Numbered from the stretch's first letter, positions 28,208 to 37,153 are shown. The stretch is DNA of 52,258 nucleotides from a virus (IMGVR_UViG_3300018412_000021:1-52258), one strand, 5' to 3'. The notes: generated by a model from the letters alone, not told the origin. Translations and numbers: made by a program.

Positions 28208-28568
28208 CTGCTTCTCCAGATAAGGCGTTAATCTTAGCTTGCACGTCGTCTACCCATTGCTGGCAATCCTTTAGTGCTTGAATCTCTGCTTCTTTCAGTG
28301 CTTCCAACACTTCTGGGTAAACTTTATACCAATTCTTGACAAGCCACTCAAGGACAGCTTTATTCAAGGCTTCAGGACTCTCCCAATAGTTTTTACCCCC
28401 GTGTGACTGCTGCCCACACCGTTGAAACTTAGGTGCAACACTGTGTACTAGTGAGATTCTGAATGAATCGTTTTGGTATCTCGGCCCTTTGATGAGATTG
28501 TTCCAAGACTCCACATCTTCCACAACACGCTTCTTGTTCTCCCACGTTTTCAGTAAATCATTAGTCAT
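28188..28568 (-). CDS. Hypothetical protein
   Basis: 126-aa ORF with RBS. Confidence 0.65.
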   Translation of the reverse strand: MTNDLLKTWENKKRVVEDVESWNNLIKGPRYQNDSFRISLVHSVAPKFQRCGQQSHGGKNYWESPEALNKAVLEWLVKNWYKVYPEVLEALKEAEIQALKDCQQWVDDVQAKINALSGEAGETQSI

Positions 28569-28664
28569 AAATAATCCCCTTAAAATCGTTTAACCTCGCA
28601 CCCTGTGGGGTAGGGTGCTTGCCACCCTTAAAGCACGTTTTACCCCTTTATTTCCCTACTATCT

Positions 28665-28919
28665 CTAGTTTTCGTCTCGTTCCTGTAGCCACTCCCGAAT
28701 CATCTCCTCGTCAATGATGTCCAGTTGCACAAGTTTACCAACAATCTCGTGTCTGTGCAACCCATCAAAAGCTATATCTTCAAGAAACTTCACAGCAATA
28801 TCTTCCGCTTCTTTTTGTGTCAGATACTCTTCAGAGATAGAGGCACTATTTGTTTCCACACAAACATCAATGTATTTATTGTGTTGTCCGCATGTCCTTA
28901 CATTGATTTCCATAATCAT
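28665..28919 (-). CDS. Hypothetical acidic protein
   Basis: Operonic ORF. Confidence 0.6.
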   Translation of the reverse strand: MIMEINVRTCGQHNKYIDVCVETNSASISEEYLTQKEAEDIAVKFLEDIAFDGLHRHEIVGKLVQLDIIDEEMIREWLQERDEN

Positions 28920-29290
28920 TTCCCCTCTGGACGTTTAGTAAGGGTCTGATCCCAATGCTTCACATCTGGTTTCTTGAGGATCAAGAAACCAGATGTGGCA
29001 GTGTCGCCACCGGCTAGACCCCAATAATTTGTACGCAACTCAGGCCGCCCTGTATAGAGATAGACAACCCCACCCGACCACATAGCAGCATATTTCCACT
29101 CATCTTCGATCAGTTCCCAAGGAATGTTAAGAGAGTAGTCTTGCTCTTTGATGCGGTAATCCATGAGCATCCAGTCCCAATTCGGTTCACCACCCTTAGG
29201 TAGGGTAATCCACCCATAACCGTTATTAAACTCAATCTCTTCACCATCCAAATAAGCCTGCATCACCTTAATCTTATCTGCTGTGTTCAT
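28916..29290 (-). CDS. Hypothetical phage protein
   Basis: IKVMQAYLDGEEIE...PNWDW..DYRIK motif. Confidence 0.7.
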   Translation of the reverse strand: MNTADKIKVMQAYLDGEEIEFNNGYGWITLPKGGEPNWDWMLMDYRIKEQDYSLNIPWELIEDEWKYAAMWSGGVVYLYTGRPELRTNYWGLAGGDTATSGFLILKKPDVKHWDQTLTKRPEGK

Positions 29291-29293
29291 GTA

Positions 29294-29623
29294 TCATCCC
29301 CTTAGATTGGATAAATCATATTGTTCACGATTAATCCAGTTTACACCATGTTCGGTGTCACTGTGGAGGCGTTCAAGCCGTTCAATCTCTTTTTCCACCT
29401 CCATTTTGTTATACAAAGGAGGAGAATCCTTCCATACGAAGTGCAAGAAGTATCCCACATTGTAGGGTTCATTATCCTCTAGCCACTCAAGGTTGTCAAT
29501 CCCATGTGCATAGGCTACACGATAGGTGGTGGTGCCGTGAGGGAGCTTGTTGTATAAATACTTACCTTCACGGTGAAACTTATCTGTTGTCACTAGAACG
29601 TATATGCCATTGTCAGCACTCAT
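29294..29623 (-). CDS. Hypothetical phage protein
   Basis: MSADNGIYVL start; AAGGAG RBS. Confidence 0.7.
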   Translation of the reverse strand: MSADNGIYVLVTTDKFHREGKYLYNKLPHGTTTYRVAYAHGIDNLEWLEDNEPYNVGYFLHFVWKDSPPLYNKMEVEKEIERLERLHSDTEHGVNWINREQYDLSNLRG

Positions 29624-29624
29624 C

Positions 29625-29831
29625 TTAATTCTCCTTTAGCTCTTTCTCAATCTGGTACATTTCTTTACCCTTCAACTCTACCACCACCCAAGTGTTGTTG
29701 TCAAGCAGCTTCTCAACGATGTAGTTCTTAGGGTTGTTGCCAAAGGCTACGAGGCGAACGGATACGTCTACAGGATGTTTGTGTAGAGTGGTCTTTCCTG
29801 TCTTTTTGTTCGTGATCCTGTAGCGTTTCAT
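29625..29831 (-). CDS. Hypothetical protein
   Basis: Operonic ORF. Confidence 0.55.
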   Translation of the reverse strand: MKRYRITNKKTGKTTLHKHPVDVSVRLVAFGNNPKNYIVEKLLDNNTWVVVELKGKEMYQIEKELKEN

Positions 29832-29833
29832 AA

Positions 29834-30367
29834 TCAACTTCCCCTCAATTGGTTTTCTGTTGGTATGACTCCCCGACTAGCGAAGATTTCTTTAATGTCA
29901 CCCAGCACAATTGGTTTGTAATTAACATTCTCACAGCTTACACTGAAATAGTGAGGGTTGTCAACATTATTTGAATGCGTGTGGCCGTGTACGGATAAAG
30001 CCCTGTAAAGCTCATGCGGATGGATAGGCGCATGAGACAACCAAAACCCCCAACGCTTTGTGATGCCATAGAATTGAACATTATCGAACTGTTGACAATA
30101 AGGCACCAGAGTCTTGTGGTCGTGATTACCTAAACAAATCACCACTTGGTTGAAGTATTTAGAATACACATCAATTCTCCAGAGAGCTTCGGGTCCGAGG
30201 ATAATATCACCAAGCAACCAGATGTTATCTCGTTTACTCTTACCACTTAGAATATTCTGGTGGATGGTTTCGTTATGCTCTTCTAGCGAAGAGAACTCAG
30301 TTCTAAATTTCTCATGGATACCGCGATGGTCGAAATGTGTATCACCAATAAACCATACTTTACTCAT
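29834..30367 (-). CDS. Calcineurin-like phosphoesterase
   Basis: GDTHFDH, LLGD, GNHD, SHAP and HGHTH motifs. Confidence 0.85.
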   Translation of the reverse strand: MSKVWFIGDTHFDHRGIHEKFRTEFSSLEEHNETIHQNILSGKSKRDNIWLLGDIILGPEALWRIDVYSKYFNQVVICLGNHDHKTLVPYCQQFDNVQFYGITKRWGFWLSHAPIHPHELYRALSVHGHTHSNNVDNPHYFSVSCENVNYKPIVLGDIKEIFASRGVIPTENQLRGS

Positions 30368-30399
30368 TTAACTTACCTCCTCACATTTGATTTTCAAAC

Positions 30400-30429
30400 A
30401 CTATACCACGTTTAATCCAAGCCTGTCAA
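30400..30429 (-). promoter_or_regulatory. sigma70-like promoter for the leftward replication operon
   Basis: TTGACA-N18-TATAGT with a TG extension. Confidence 0.7.
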
Positions 30430-30462
30430 TGCCTAACCCGAACAACCTGTTTTACAACCTAC

Positions 30463-30491
30463 TTGACTTTTCAGGTTCTATTTGATACAAT
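30463..30491 (+). promoter_or_regulatory. sigma70-like promoter upstream of the structured RNA
   Basis: TTGACT-N17-TACAAT with TG immediately upstream of the -10 box. Confidence 0.75.
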
Positions 30492-30497
30492 ACTAAA

Positions 30498-30936
30498 GTA
30501 AATCCCAATCTCTAACCGTAAGGACATTGGTTGGGTGAGCACAGAGTTTGTCGGGACTACTACGTTTGGCTCTGTGTGATTTGTGTAAAAGGAATGGTAC
30601 TAGACACAACCGTAGCTCGAAATCTGAAATCGGTGTACTGGCACTCGTGTAAGGAGTGAATGACAGATAGGAACAGCAGCTTACCATGATCTGTTCCCCA
30701 CCCAAGAAGAATCCTACAACTTCTTGGGAGTCCTGTAAAGGATAATCTAACCTCGTCTGAATTGGGATGGCAGAAATGCTTCTGTAGGTCAGTCAGTGGG
30801 AAGATTGGATATGAGCCTATATTCTCTCGAAGCAGTGTTGGCCGCAGGGTTGACAGGGGTAGATTCATAGTCTATCTTATACTGTATGGGAGGGTATAGG
30901 GTAGCTCTATCCAAATCTTCCTGAACTGATTGGGAT
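30498..30936 (+). ncRNA. Putative large structured non-coding RNA (about 440 nt), family not recognised
   Basis: The ends pair (ATCCCAATC 30502-30510 with GATTGGGAT 30928-30936). There are more than ten internal stems with G.U pairs valid on the + strand, a dedicated promoter and no + strand ORF. Confidence 0.7.
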
Positions 30937-30975
30937 GATTATACTTATAAGTAATATTTATTAGGAGAGGTAGAA

Positions 30976-31509
30976 GTGAAATTATATGAATACATGATAA
31001 TGAGAAATGGTGTAGGTAAGAACGGAGGTATAAAGTCCTCATTGTCATCAAAAGAGTTTCAACTTTTAGGAATCAACAATTCCAAAGGTTGGGCTAGGAA
31101 GAATAAGAATCTAGAGATTTCTGATACTCTGTTAAAGCAACTTCTTGTGTTTGCAAATAACAACAAAATTCAAAATAGCAAATCATTACAACGATTACAG
31201 ACTAATTTTAGTTCAGCGGATAATAAATTCTTGTATCTTATGTATAATGACACCAATAAAATCCATAAAATAGGGATAAGTGTTGATCCTCAAAAGAGAT
31301 CAAGGGCGCTATCTTCTTCCAGCGGTTTAAGGGTCACGTTGAAGGCTATGTGGAAAGTCGATCTGTATGCAAGGGATGTTGAAAGGTCTTTACATCACAG
31401 CCTTAAGGATTTCCGCACACTTGGAGAATGGTTTGACTTGACTTCTATTGAGACTGTAGTACCCTTAGTAGAAAGTCTCATACCTTGTCAGTTTAAGAGG
31501 ATAGTCTAA
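30976..31509 (+). CDS. GIY-YIG superfamily (T5orf172-like) nuclease domain protein
   Basis: FLYLM...KIGIS.DP.KR...L...VE..LH...GEWF; AGGAGAGG RBS and GTG start. Confidence 0.8.
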   Translation: MKLYEYMIMRNGVGKNGGIKSSLSSKEFQLLGINNSKGWARKNKNLEISDTLLKQLLVFANNNKIQNSKSLQRLQTNFSSADNKFLYLMYNDTNKIHKIGISVDPQKRSRALSSSSGLRVTLKAMWKVDLYARDVERSLHHSLKDFRTLGEWFDLTSIETVVPLVESLIPCQFKRIV

Positions 31510-31571
31510 GGAGGTTGCTACCCAGAATTTACTCACCAAAGGATAGGATAATATAAATACTATAATACCTA

Positions 31572-31600
31572 TTGACATAACACCCACTTACTAATACCAT
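31572..31600 (+). promoter_or_regulatory. sigma70-like promoter
   Basis: TTGACA-N17-TACCAT. Confidence 0.65.
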
Positions 31601-31629
31601 CTCTACATTACTTACCAAAGGAGGTGCTT

Positions 31630-33249
31630 ATGCAATTCAAACCAACAGAAGAACAGGTTGCAATCGTAGAGCTTGCAAAGCAAGGGAAGGATGTGGTTAT
31701 CAACGCCTATGCGGGGTGTACTAAAACCACCACTTGTGCTTTGGTAGCTCAAGCTATTGTAAAACCATCACTCTATCTCGCATTCAACAAAGCAATGGCT
31801 GAAGAGGCTAAACAGAAAATGCCACCCCATGTGGAGTGTCGTACATGGCACAGCATTGCTTATCAGGAAGTGGGGTTAGACTATCAACACAAACTCACAC
31901 GTCCTCGTGGTGCCTATCGTAATCTGGCAGGCACTGGTGGTGAGATTGCCCGATACTTCAAGATTCCCCCTATGGAGTTGTCTAAAGATCAAGGATATGT
32001 TGGTAGTGTCATGTTTGGTATCGCTGTCAAGAAAACTCTTACACGGTTTGAGTATTCAGATTGTGTTGAGATTACCAAAGATCACATAGACCACTCTGTA
32101 CTGAAGAAATACAATGGCGCTGTAACCACCAAAGACAAGAAAAAGTTTGATAACGTGGTTTTGCACTACGCCAAGAAGCTGTGGGAACTGCGTACTGACA
32201 TGAACAGTCCTGTGTTGATTACACACGACACCTACTTGAAGATGTACCAATTGAGTAATCCAAGGATTGAAGGTTATTCAGTCATATATGCTGACGAGCA
32301 TCAAGACACCAGTATGACAATGAATGATGTGTTGAAGAAACAGAAAGCACAGAAGATTGTGGTTGGAGACATATTCCAGAAGATTTACGGGTTTAGGGGT
32401 AGTGTAGACGGAATGAGTATGTCTGATGGTAAACTGATGACTCTGAGTAAGTCTTTCCGGTTTGGTGATGAAGTGGCTAAAGTAGCTAATAGTATCATTG
32501 GTGAAGGACGTGTAAGGGGTTGTGATGTAAACAGTGAGGTCTGTACAGAGCATCCTGAAAGCTACAAAGGAAAGACGTTGCTGTTTCGTACCAACGCAGC
32601 TTTGTTCTCTAAGCTGACTGTGTTGTTATCAGAAGGGTATACAGTGAATGCTGAAGCAGATACAACGGAGTTTCGTCGTCTGCTGGAGAGTTGTCTATAC
32701 TTGAAGCGTGGTGAGAAACGTAAAGTGAAGCATGAAGATATTCTTCCTTATGAGGGTTGGAAAGAACTGAAGTTGTCGATTAAGAATGGTATAGTGGATG
32801 GGAATATTGCTATTGTTTGTACACTGATTGAATCTGGTGAGTATCTGGCTGTGTTGGGTGCTATGGATGATATTACCAAGTCGGACAATGCCGATGTGCT
32901 GCTGACAACGGCACACAAAGCCAAAGGACGTGAGTGGTCAGAAGTTGTAGTTGAGAACGATTTCCCTGACTACACGAAAGAAGGGGTGAATCCTGAAGAA
33001 CGTAATTTGTTTTATGTAGCCTGTACACGAGCTATTGACAAACTGTACTACACACCGATTGAGGAAAATTATGGTGATGAGATGATCGCATTCAACTGTG
33101 ATGTTCAAGATGGGAAGACGTATATTCAGAACCAAGACCACTTCCGCGACATTCTGAGGGGCGAAGTCAAGAGGATGGGACTACACCTCACAGACTATGA
33201 ACTGGATGATTTTGAAGCTGGAGAGTATCACCAAAACAAGATGTATTGA
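31630..33249 (+). CDS. UvrD/Rep-like SF1 helicase
   Basis: AYAGCTKTT, YLAFNK, DEHQD, VGD..QKIYGFRG, LSKSFRFG, TAHKAKGREW and YVACTRA motifs. Confidence 0.9.
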   Translation: MQFKPTEEQVAIVELAKQGKDVVINAYAGCTKTTTCALVAQAIVKPSLYLAFNKAMAEEAKQKMPPHVECRTWHSIAYQEVGLDYQHKLTRPRGAYRNLAGTGGEIARYFKIPPMELSKDQGYVGSVMFGIAVKKTLTRFEYSDCVEITKDHIDHSVLKKYNGAVTTKDKKKFDNVVLHYAKKLWELRTDMNSPVLITHDTYLKMYQLSNPRIEGYSVIYADEHQDTSMTMNDVLKKQKAQKIVVGDIFQKIYGFRGSVDGMSMSDGKLMTLSKSFRFGDEVAKVANSIIGEGRVRGCDVNSEVCTEHPESYKGKTLLFRTNAALFSKLTVLLSEGYTVNAEADTTEFRRLLESCLYLKRGEKRKVKHEDILPYEGWKELKLSIKNGIVDGNIAIVCTLIESGEYLAVLGAMDDITKSDNADVLLTTAHKAKGREWSEVVVENDFPDYTKEGVNPEERNLFYVACTRAIDKLYYTPIEENYGDEMIAFNCDVQDGKTYIQNQDHFRDILRGEVKRMGLHLTDYELDDFEAGEYHQNKMY

Positions 33250-33274
33250 CACCTACACCAAACCAGTGTACAGT
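33246..33274 (+). promoter_or_regulatory. sigma70-like promoter
   Basis: TTGACA-N17-TACAGT. Confidence 0.6.
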
Positions 33275-33304
33275 GTGTCTAAATCAATGAGAGGAGGAAC
33301 TGAA

Positions 33305-33682
33305 ATGAAAGATATTAGTTATTATGAATGTGAAGACCTTGAGTACCCCATTCGTCCAAAGAAACCTTTCTTGTCTTCCAACCCAACCAAGGAACAGGCT
33401 CTTTCTTATGCTGAAGCCCTTGGTGAGTATGAGGAAAACTTCAAGAAATATGAAGCACTTCGGAAGGAGTACCAACAACTTAACAGTGATCGCCTTGATG
33501 AGTTTAAGAAAGACCTTGCGGAAGAATATGGTTACTCTTGGATGAACGAGAGTATTATTGATGTAATTTACAACAAAGCGTGGGATGACCAACACCACTG
33601 CGGTCTTAGTGCTGTAGCAAGTGAGTTTGAGGATTTGTGTGGGTTTGTATCAGAAGTCAGCATCGCCAGAGGAGGGTTTTAA
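33305..33682 (+). CDS. Hypothetical phage protein
   Basis: GAGGAGG RBS; YP..P.KP and AWDDQH..G motifs. Confidence 0.7.
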   Translation: MKDISYYECEDLEYPIRPKKPFLSSNPTKEQALSYAEALGEYEENFKKYEALRKEYQQLNSDRLDEFKKDLAEEYGYSWMNESIIDVIYNKAWDDQHHCGLSAVASEFEDLCGFVSEVSIARGGF

Positions 33683-33683
33683 G

Positions 33684-34058
33684 ATGAAACAAACAACTCT
33701 TGAACTACTTGAGAACAACGGCTACAAACTCTGGGAAGAGAATCGGGAGCCTGACTACCACCGTATGCTATTCCAGAAACGTATTCGGGATGCCGAGAAA
33801 TTAGGAATCCCTTTGTGCCTGTGTAATGGTAAAGTGTTGGTGAACATTGACTACGGCAGCATCACATTCCGTAACTCTGGTTATGAGCCTGTAACAAGTG
33901 AATCATTTCATATTAGTTTGTGTCACGAGCGTCCAAATGATGAGTGGTGTGATTTTATGATTTACACCTTGACAGAAGATCAGATAGTCAGTAAGCTACA
34001 GAAGTACGAGAAAGACATTCTGGCTACCTGGAAACTATTTTATGAACAAGGAGAATAA
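33684..34058 (+). CDS. Hypothetical protein
   Basis: GGAGG RBS. Confidence 0.65.
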   Translation: MKQTTLELLENNGYKLWEENREPDYHRMLFQKRIRDAEKLGIPLCLCNGKVLVNIDYGSITFRNSGYEPVTSESFHISLCHERPNDEWCDFMIYTLTEDQIVSKLQKYEKDILATWKLFYEQGE

Positions 34059-34059
34059 C

Positions 34060-34515
34060 ATGCGTGAGGGGGATGTTTACCGTTGGTATTACAAGAACGA
34101 TGACGAATACCGTAGGAATCATTCAGGGTCTAATACAGCCTACTGGTGCGTGGATAATCAGTGTGTTGTGAAAGACGGGAAACTGTATGACACATATTGG
34201 TGCTACAACCTTGATACGTTTGGGTCTAGTTGTCGTGAGGTGAATCCAGAAGATGTAGATTTAACTTTCATCTGCAATCTACACGATATAAACTTCATAC
34301 ACTACACTGACGTTGATGAGTATGAGAAAGTGTACAATCTTTCTTACCATAAACAGCACAAGAGGTTGTTTGCTGTTGACAAAGGGGTGACGAAGAGTAA
34401 TAATGCGATTAAAGCAAAGCTAGTCAAGGAGATTGAGAAAGCAGAACATAAAATAAGCTATCTTCAACACATAATTCAATGGAATCGTGAGAAGATAGAC
34501 ACTCTGGGTGAGTGA
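34060..34515 (+). CDS. Hypothetical protein
   Basis: AAGGAG RBS. Confidence 0.65.
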   Translation: MREGDVYRWYYKNDDEYRRNHSGSNTAYWCVDNQCVVKDGKLYDTYWCYNLDTFGSSCREVNPEDVDLTFICNLHDINFIHYTDVDEYEKVYNLSYHKQHKRLFAVDKGVTKSNNAIKAKLVKEIEKAEHKISYLQHIIQWNREKIDTLGE

Positions 34516-34551
34516 ATTAGGTAAACGATAAACACAAATAGGAGAAATAAC

Positions 34552-34761
34552 ATGGAATACAAGAAAACTACACACTGGGGTCACTTGATTATGACCCTGC
34601 TAATATTTCCTTGGTTTCTTGTATGGATTGCTTGTGCAGCCAGTGATGCCAGTCACAACAAGAAAGTGGATCGTTGGAAAGAGGATCAAGAACGTAAAAA
34701 GCGAGATGAAGAGCTTGACTATCTACGCCGAATCGTTGATAACACCGGAAGGCGGGGTTGA
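34552..34761 (+). CDS. Small membrane protein
   Basis: HWGHLIMTLLIFPWFLVWI hydrophobic segment; AGGAG RBS. Confidence 0.6.
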   Translation: MEYKKTTHWGHLIMTLLIFPWFLVWIACAASDASHNKKVDRWKEDQERKKRDEELDYLRRIVDNTGRRG

Positions 34762-34809
34762 AGTGGCCTAAGTTGCCTGAAATATATCCCTTAAAACGAC
34801 GATAAGGGG

Positions 34810-34838
34810 TTGACATAGGCTACCCTATTGCCTACCAT
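34810..34838 (+). promoter_or_regulatory. sigma70-like promoter containing the GCTACCCTA motif
   Basis: TTGACA-N17-TACCAT. Confidence 0.65.
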
Positions 34839-34872
34839 CTTTTCATCGAATCTAGTTGCTGGAGGACGTAGA

Positions 34873-35073
34873 ATGACATTTGGACAGTGGGTGGCAGACT
34901 GGAGTAAGAACCGTCCTCACGAGCGTATTGGACAGGCGTTTGTTAACGACTTTATCAAACAAGCATTTCCTGAGTTGTATTATTGCGAAGATACAGCTAA
35001 GTGTTTTGATATGATTTATGAGTGGTTATCACTACACGGTTATGATTATCACAACATGCCGGAAAATATTTGA
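34873..35073 (+). CDS. Hypothetical phage protein
   Basis: GGAGG RBS; RIGQAFVN...PELYY motif. Confidence 0.65.
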   Translation: MTFGQWVADWSKNRPHERIGQAFVNDFIKQAFPELYYCEDTAKCFDMIYEWLSLHGYDYHNMPENI

Positions 35074-35082
35074 AAATAGGTG

Positions 35083-35111
35083 TTGACAGCTACAGGAACA
35101 GATTGTATAGT
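35083..35111 (+). promoter_or_regulatory. sigma70-like promoter
   Basis: TTGACA-N17-TATAGT. Confidence 0.75.
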
Positions 35112-35144
35112 GTACCCATCTTAACCGAAAAGAGGAAACAACAC

Positions 35145-35471
35145 ATGAAAACATATATGGGTTGGGTTGGTAGTAATGCGACATATGGAATACCACACCC
35201 GCAAACAGGACTTTGTTCGGTGTGGGGTGAGTTGTACATTTTTCGTACCAAGAAAGAGCGTGACCAGTTTTGTGATACATGGTGTAATCGTTACAATAGT
35301 TATCCTGTGCCAACAAATAAAAAAGAGGCGAAAAGTAAATACTTTGCAGGCTTGTCTAAGTTTGCATATGACAATATGATAGATAGTCAAGAGTTTGAGA
35401 CTTGTGTGCTCGAGTGCATAGAAGAGTTAAACTACATTGCACAAGAAGTTGAATACTATAATTCGATTTAA
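35145..35471 (+). CDS. Hypothetical early protein
   Basis: GAGG RBS after the promoter. Confidence 0.6.
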   Translation: MKTYMGWVGSNATYGIPHPQTGLCSVWGELYIFRTKKERDQFCDTWCNRYNSYPVPTNKKEAKSKYFAGLSKFAYDNMIDSQEFETCVLECIEELNYIAQEVEYYNSI

Positions 35472-35474
35472 GGG

Positions 35475-35503
35475 TTGACAGCAGGTTCTAATTCTGTTTT
35501 AAT
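35475..35503 (+). promoter_or_regulatory. sigma70-like promoter
   Basis: TTGACA-N17-TTTAAT. Confidence 0.55.
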
Positions 35504-35534
35504 CATCTCAATTCGATTGCAAAGGTGATATGTT

Positions 35535-36173
35535 ATGGTGTGGTCTGGTAAAGGTCGATCTGGTGTTGGTGACACTTCCATTCAGGGAACATGGGAAGAT
35601 TGGGATGGGCTTAGTCCTAATGGCAGACAATACAAAAACAAAGTTACACAAGAGACTAGAAACTTGTCTGGTGCCGATTACTGGCACACTAGAAAAGCAG
35701 ACTATCCACGACAACTGCCAGATGAATCTAAGATGTTTCTAGCTAATGGAAAGGCTAATCTGGCTATGTTTGCAGAAGACGACACACCAACAAAGAAAAA
35801 GACAACCAGAAAAACCCTAACAGCCTATGATAAAGTGATGCAGGCTGATAGAGCCTTTGATAAACTGGAAGAATTATCAGAGCAACTAGATACTCAGTAC
35901 CTTAATCTTGAAATTGACGATGAAGAATATAGTATTGCTAGGGATATACTTGATGACAAGATGGTAAGAGCTTGGCATAAAGTGTGTAAAGTGAAAGGTT
36001 GGGATAAAGAACCAGAAGAAGATTACCAACCAATAGAGCCTGCCTATCAACAAACAAATCATAATAAGAACATTCAATTGGAGAAGCCTGATAGTTTCTT
36101 GTATGATGTATTCAACGGATTGGATGACACCAATTTGTTCAAACAAATGTATTGTAAATTGAAAGGAATTTGA
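35535..36173 (+). CDS. Hypothetical early protein
   Basis: 212-aa ORF with an AAGGTG RBS. Confidence 0.65.
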   Translation: MVWSGKGRSGVGDTSIQGTWEDWDGLSPNGRQYKNKVTQETRNLSGADYWHTRKADYPRQLPDESKMFLANGKANLAMFAEDDTPTKKKTTRKTLTAYDKVMQADRAFDKLEELSEQLDTQYLNLEIDDEEYSIARDILDDKMVRAWHKVCKVKGWDKEPEEDYQPIEPAYQQTNHNKNIQLEKPDSFLYDVFNGLDDTNLFKQMYCKLKGI

Positions 36174-36175
36174 TA

Positions 36176-36337
36176 ATGGCTAAAATCAAAGACTCTCGCT
36201 GGTATAAAGTGGTTGACAACAATCTGGTTGAAGTGTATGATTCACCTTATGTTGAATTGGCTACTTTTGTTTCTGTTGTTGACAAAGCTGATTTAACCTA
36301 TTATCGTAAGACTTTCAATCTGAGAAAGGTGGTTTGA
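36176..36337 (+). CDS. Small hypothetical protein (53 aa)
   Basis: MAKIKDSRWYKVVDNNL with an AAGGA RBS; it contains an internal TTGACA-N17-TATGAT (36213-36241). Confidence 0.5.
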   Translation: MAKIKDSRWYKVVDNNLVEVYDSPYVELATFVSVVDKADLTYYRKTFNLRKVV

Positions 36338-36339
36338 TT

Positions 36340-36522
36340 ATGAAATACAAAATTGTAGTTGAATACTATGCGAACACAAAAGACTTGGAAGCCAACAATC
36401 CAATCAAGGTGGCAGATAGTGGATTTACAAAAGACTTATCATTGTTAGAGGCTCAAATACTGAAGTCTAAAATGAATGACGACAATCCTTTAAGAGTGAA
36501 CCGAATTGTCAAGGCCGATTAA
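36340..36522 (+). CDS. Hypothetical protein
   Basis: Operonic ORF. Confidence 0.55.
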   Translation: MKYKIVVEYYANTKDLEANNPIKVADSGFTKDLSLLEAQILKSKMNDDNPLRVNRIVKAD

Positions 36523-37131
36523 ATGAAACATACAAATAAAGTATTCGGATTAGTTGGTATTATTGCTGGTATTGTCATTGGTCAGAATGTTGCAGAATAC
36601 AGACAGGAACATTATACTGTTCCTGTTGACAATGTATCTGTTACATATAACATGGATAATTGGACAATTATAGAATGGGATAAAATAGACAAAGACGTTC
36701 CTGAATTGTTTGAATTAACAGACAAAGAAAAACAACAACAATGCAGACACTCGAAAGAGTGCCAAAGACTAGCGGAAGCCATTGTGTTTGAGGCTAGGTC
36801 AGAGTCTAGGCAAGGCATGAGGGCTGTTGCCAGTGTGATAATGAATAGAGTGGAGTCCAGACGCTTCCCGAATACAATTAATGGTGTGGTGACACAGCCC
36901 TATCAATTTAGTTATGTTGGTTTTGAGCACCTGCAACAACAGCCCAGTGAACAGGATTGGAACACAGCCTATATTGTAGCTTATAATATTAAACACAATA
37001 TTGTTGAGCGTGTTACAGAATCAGACCATTACTTAAACCCTGACAAACTGGTTAGACTTCCACGTTGGGCAACAGTGTATAAAGAAACAGAAACGATAGG
37101 TAGCCATGTATTCTATAGCTCTGGTCGATAG
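36523..37131 (+). CDS. SleB-like cell wall hydrolase (Hydrolase_2) with N-terminal anchor
   Basis: LAEAIVFEARSE...AVASVIMNRV...FPNTI.GVV.QPYQFS and IGSHVFY motifs. Confidence 0.85.
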   Translation: MKHTNKVFGLVGIIAGIVIGQNVAEYRQEHYTVPVDNVSVTYNMDNWTIIEWDKIDKDVPELFELTDKEKQQQCRHSKECQRLAEAIVFEARSESRQGMRAVASVIMNRVESRRFPNTINGVVTQPYQFSYVGFEHLQQQPSEQDWNTAYIVAYNIKHNIVERVTESDHYLNPDKLVRLPRWATVYKETETIGSHVFYSSGR

Positions 37132-37153
37132 AAAATTTCAATGAATAAAAATG

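Noticed and set aside
30493-30868. Minus-strand ORFs 30493-30705 and 30560-30868
   Set aside because: They lack a convincing RBS and have atypical composition. They lie upstream of the leftward promoter and antisense to a promoter-driven structured region.
30551-30876. Group I intron reading of the structured RNA (GACTA at 30555 and TAGTC at 30868 resemble P7)
   Set aside because: There is too little sequence upstream of the R-like element for P3-P6, no interrupted host gene, and TAGTC is used in a local hairpin.
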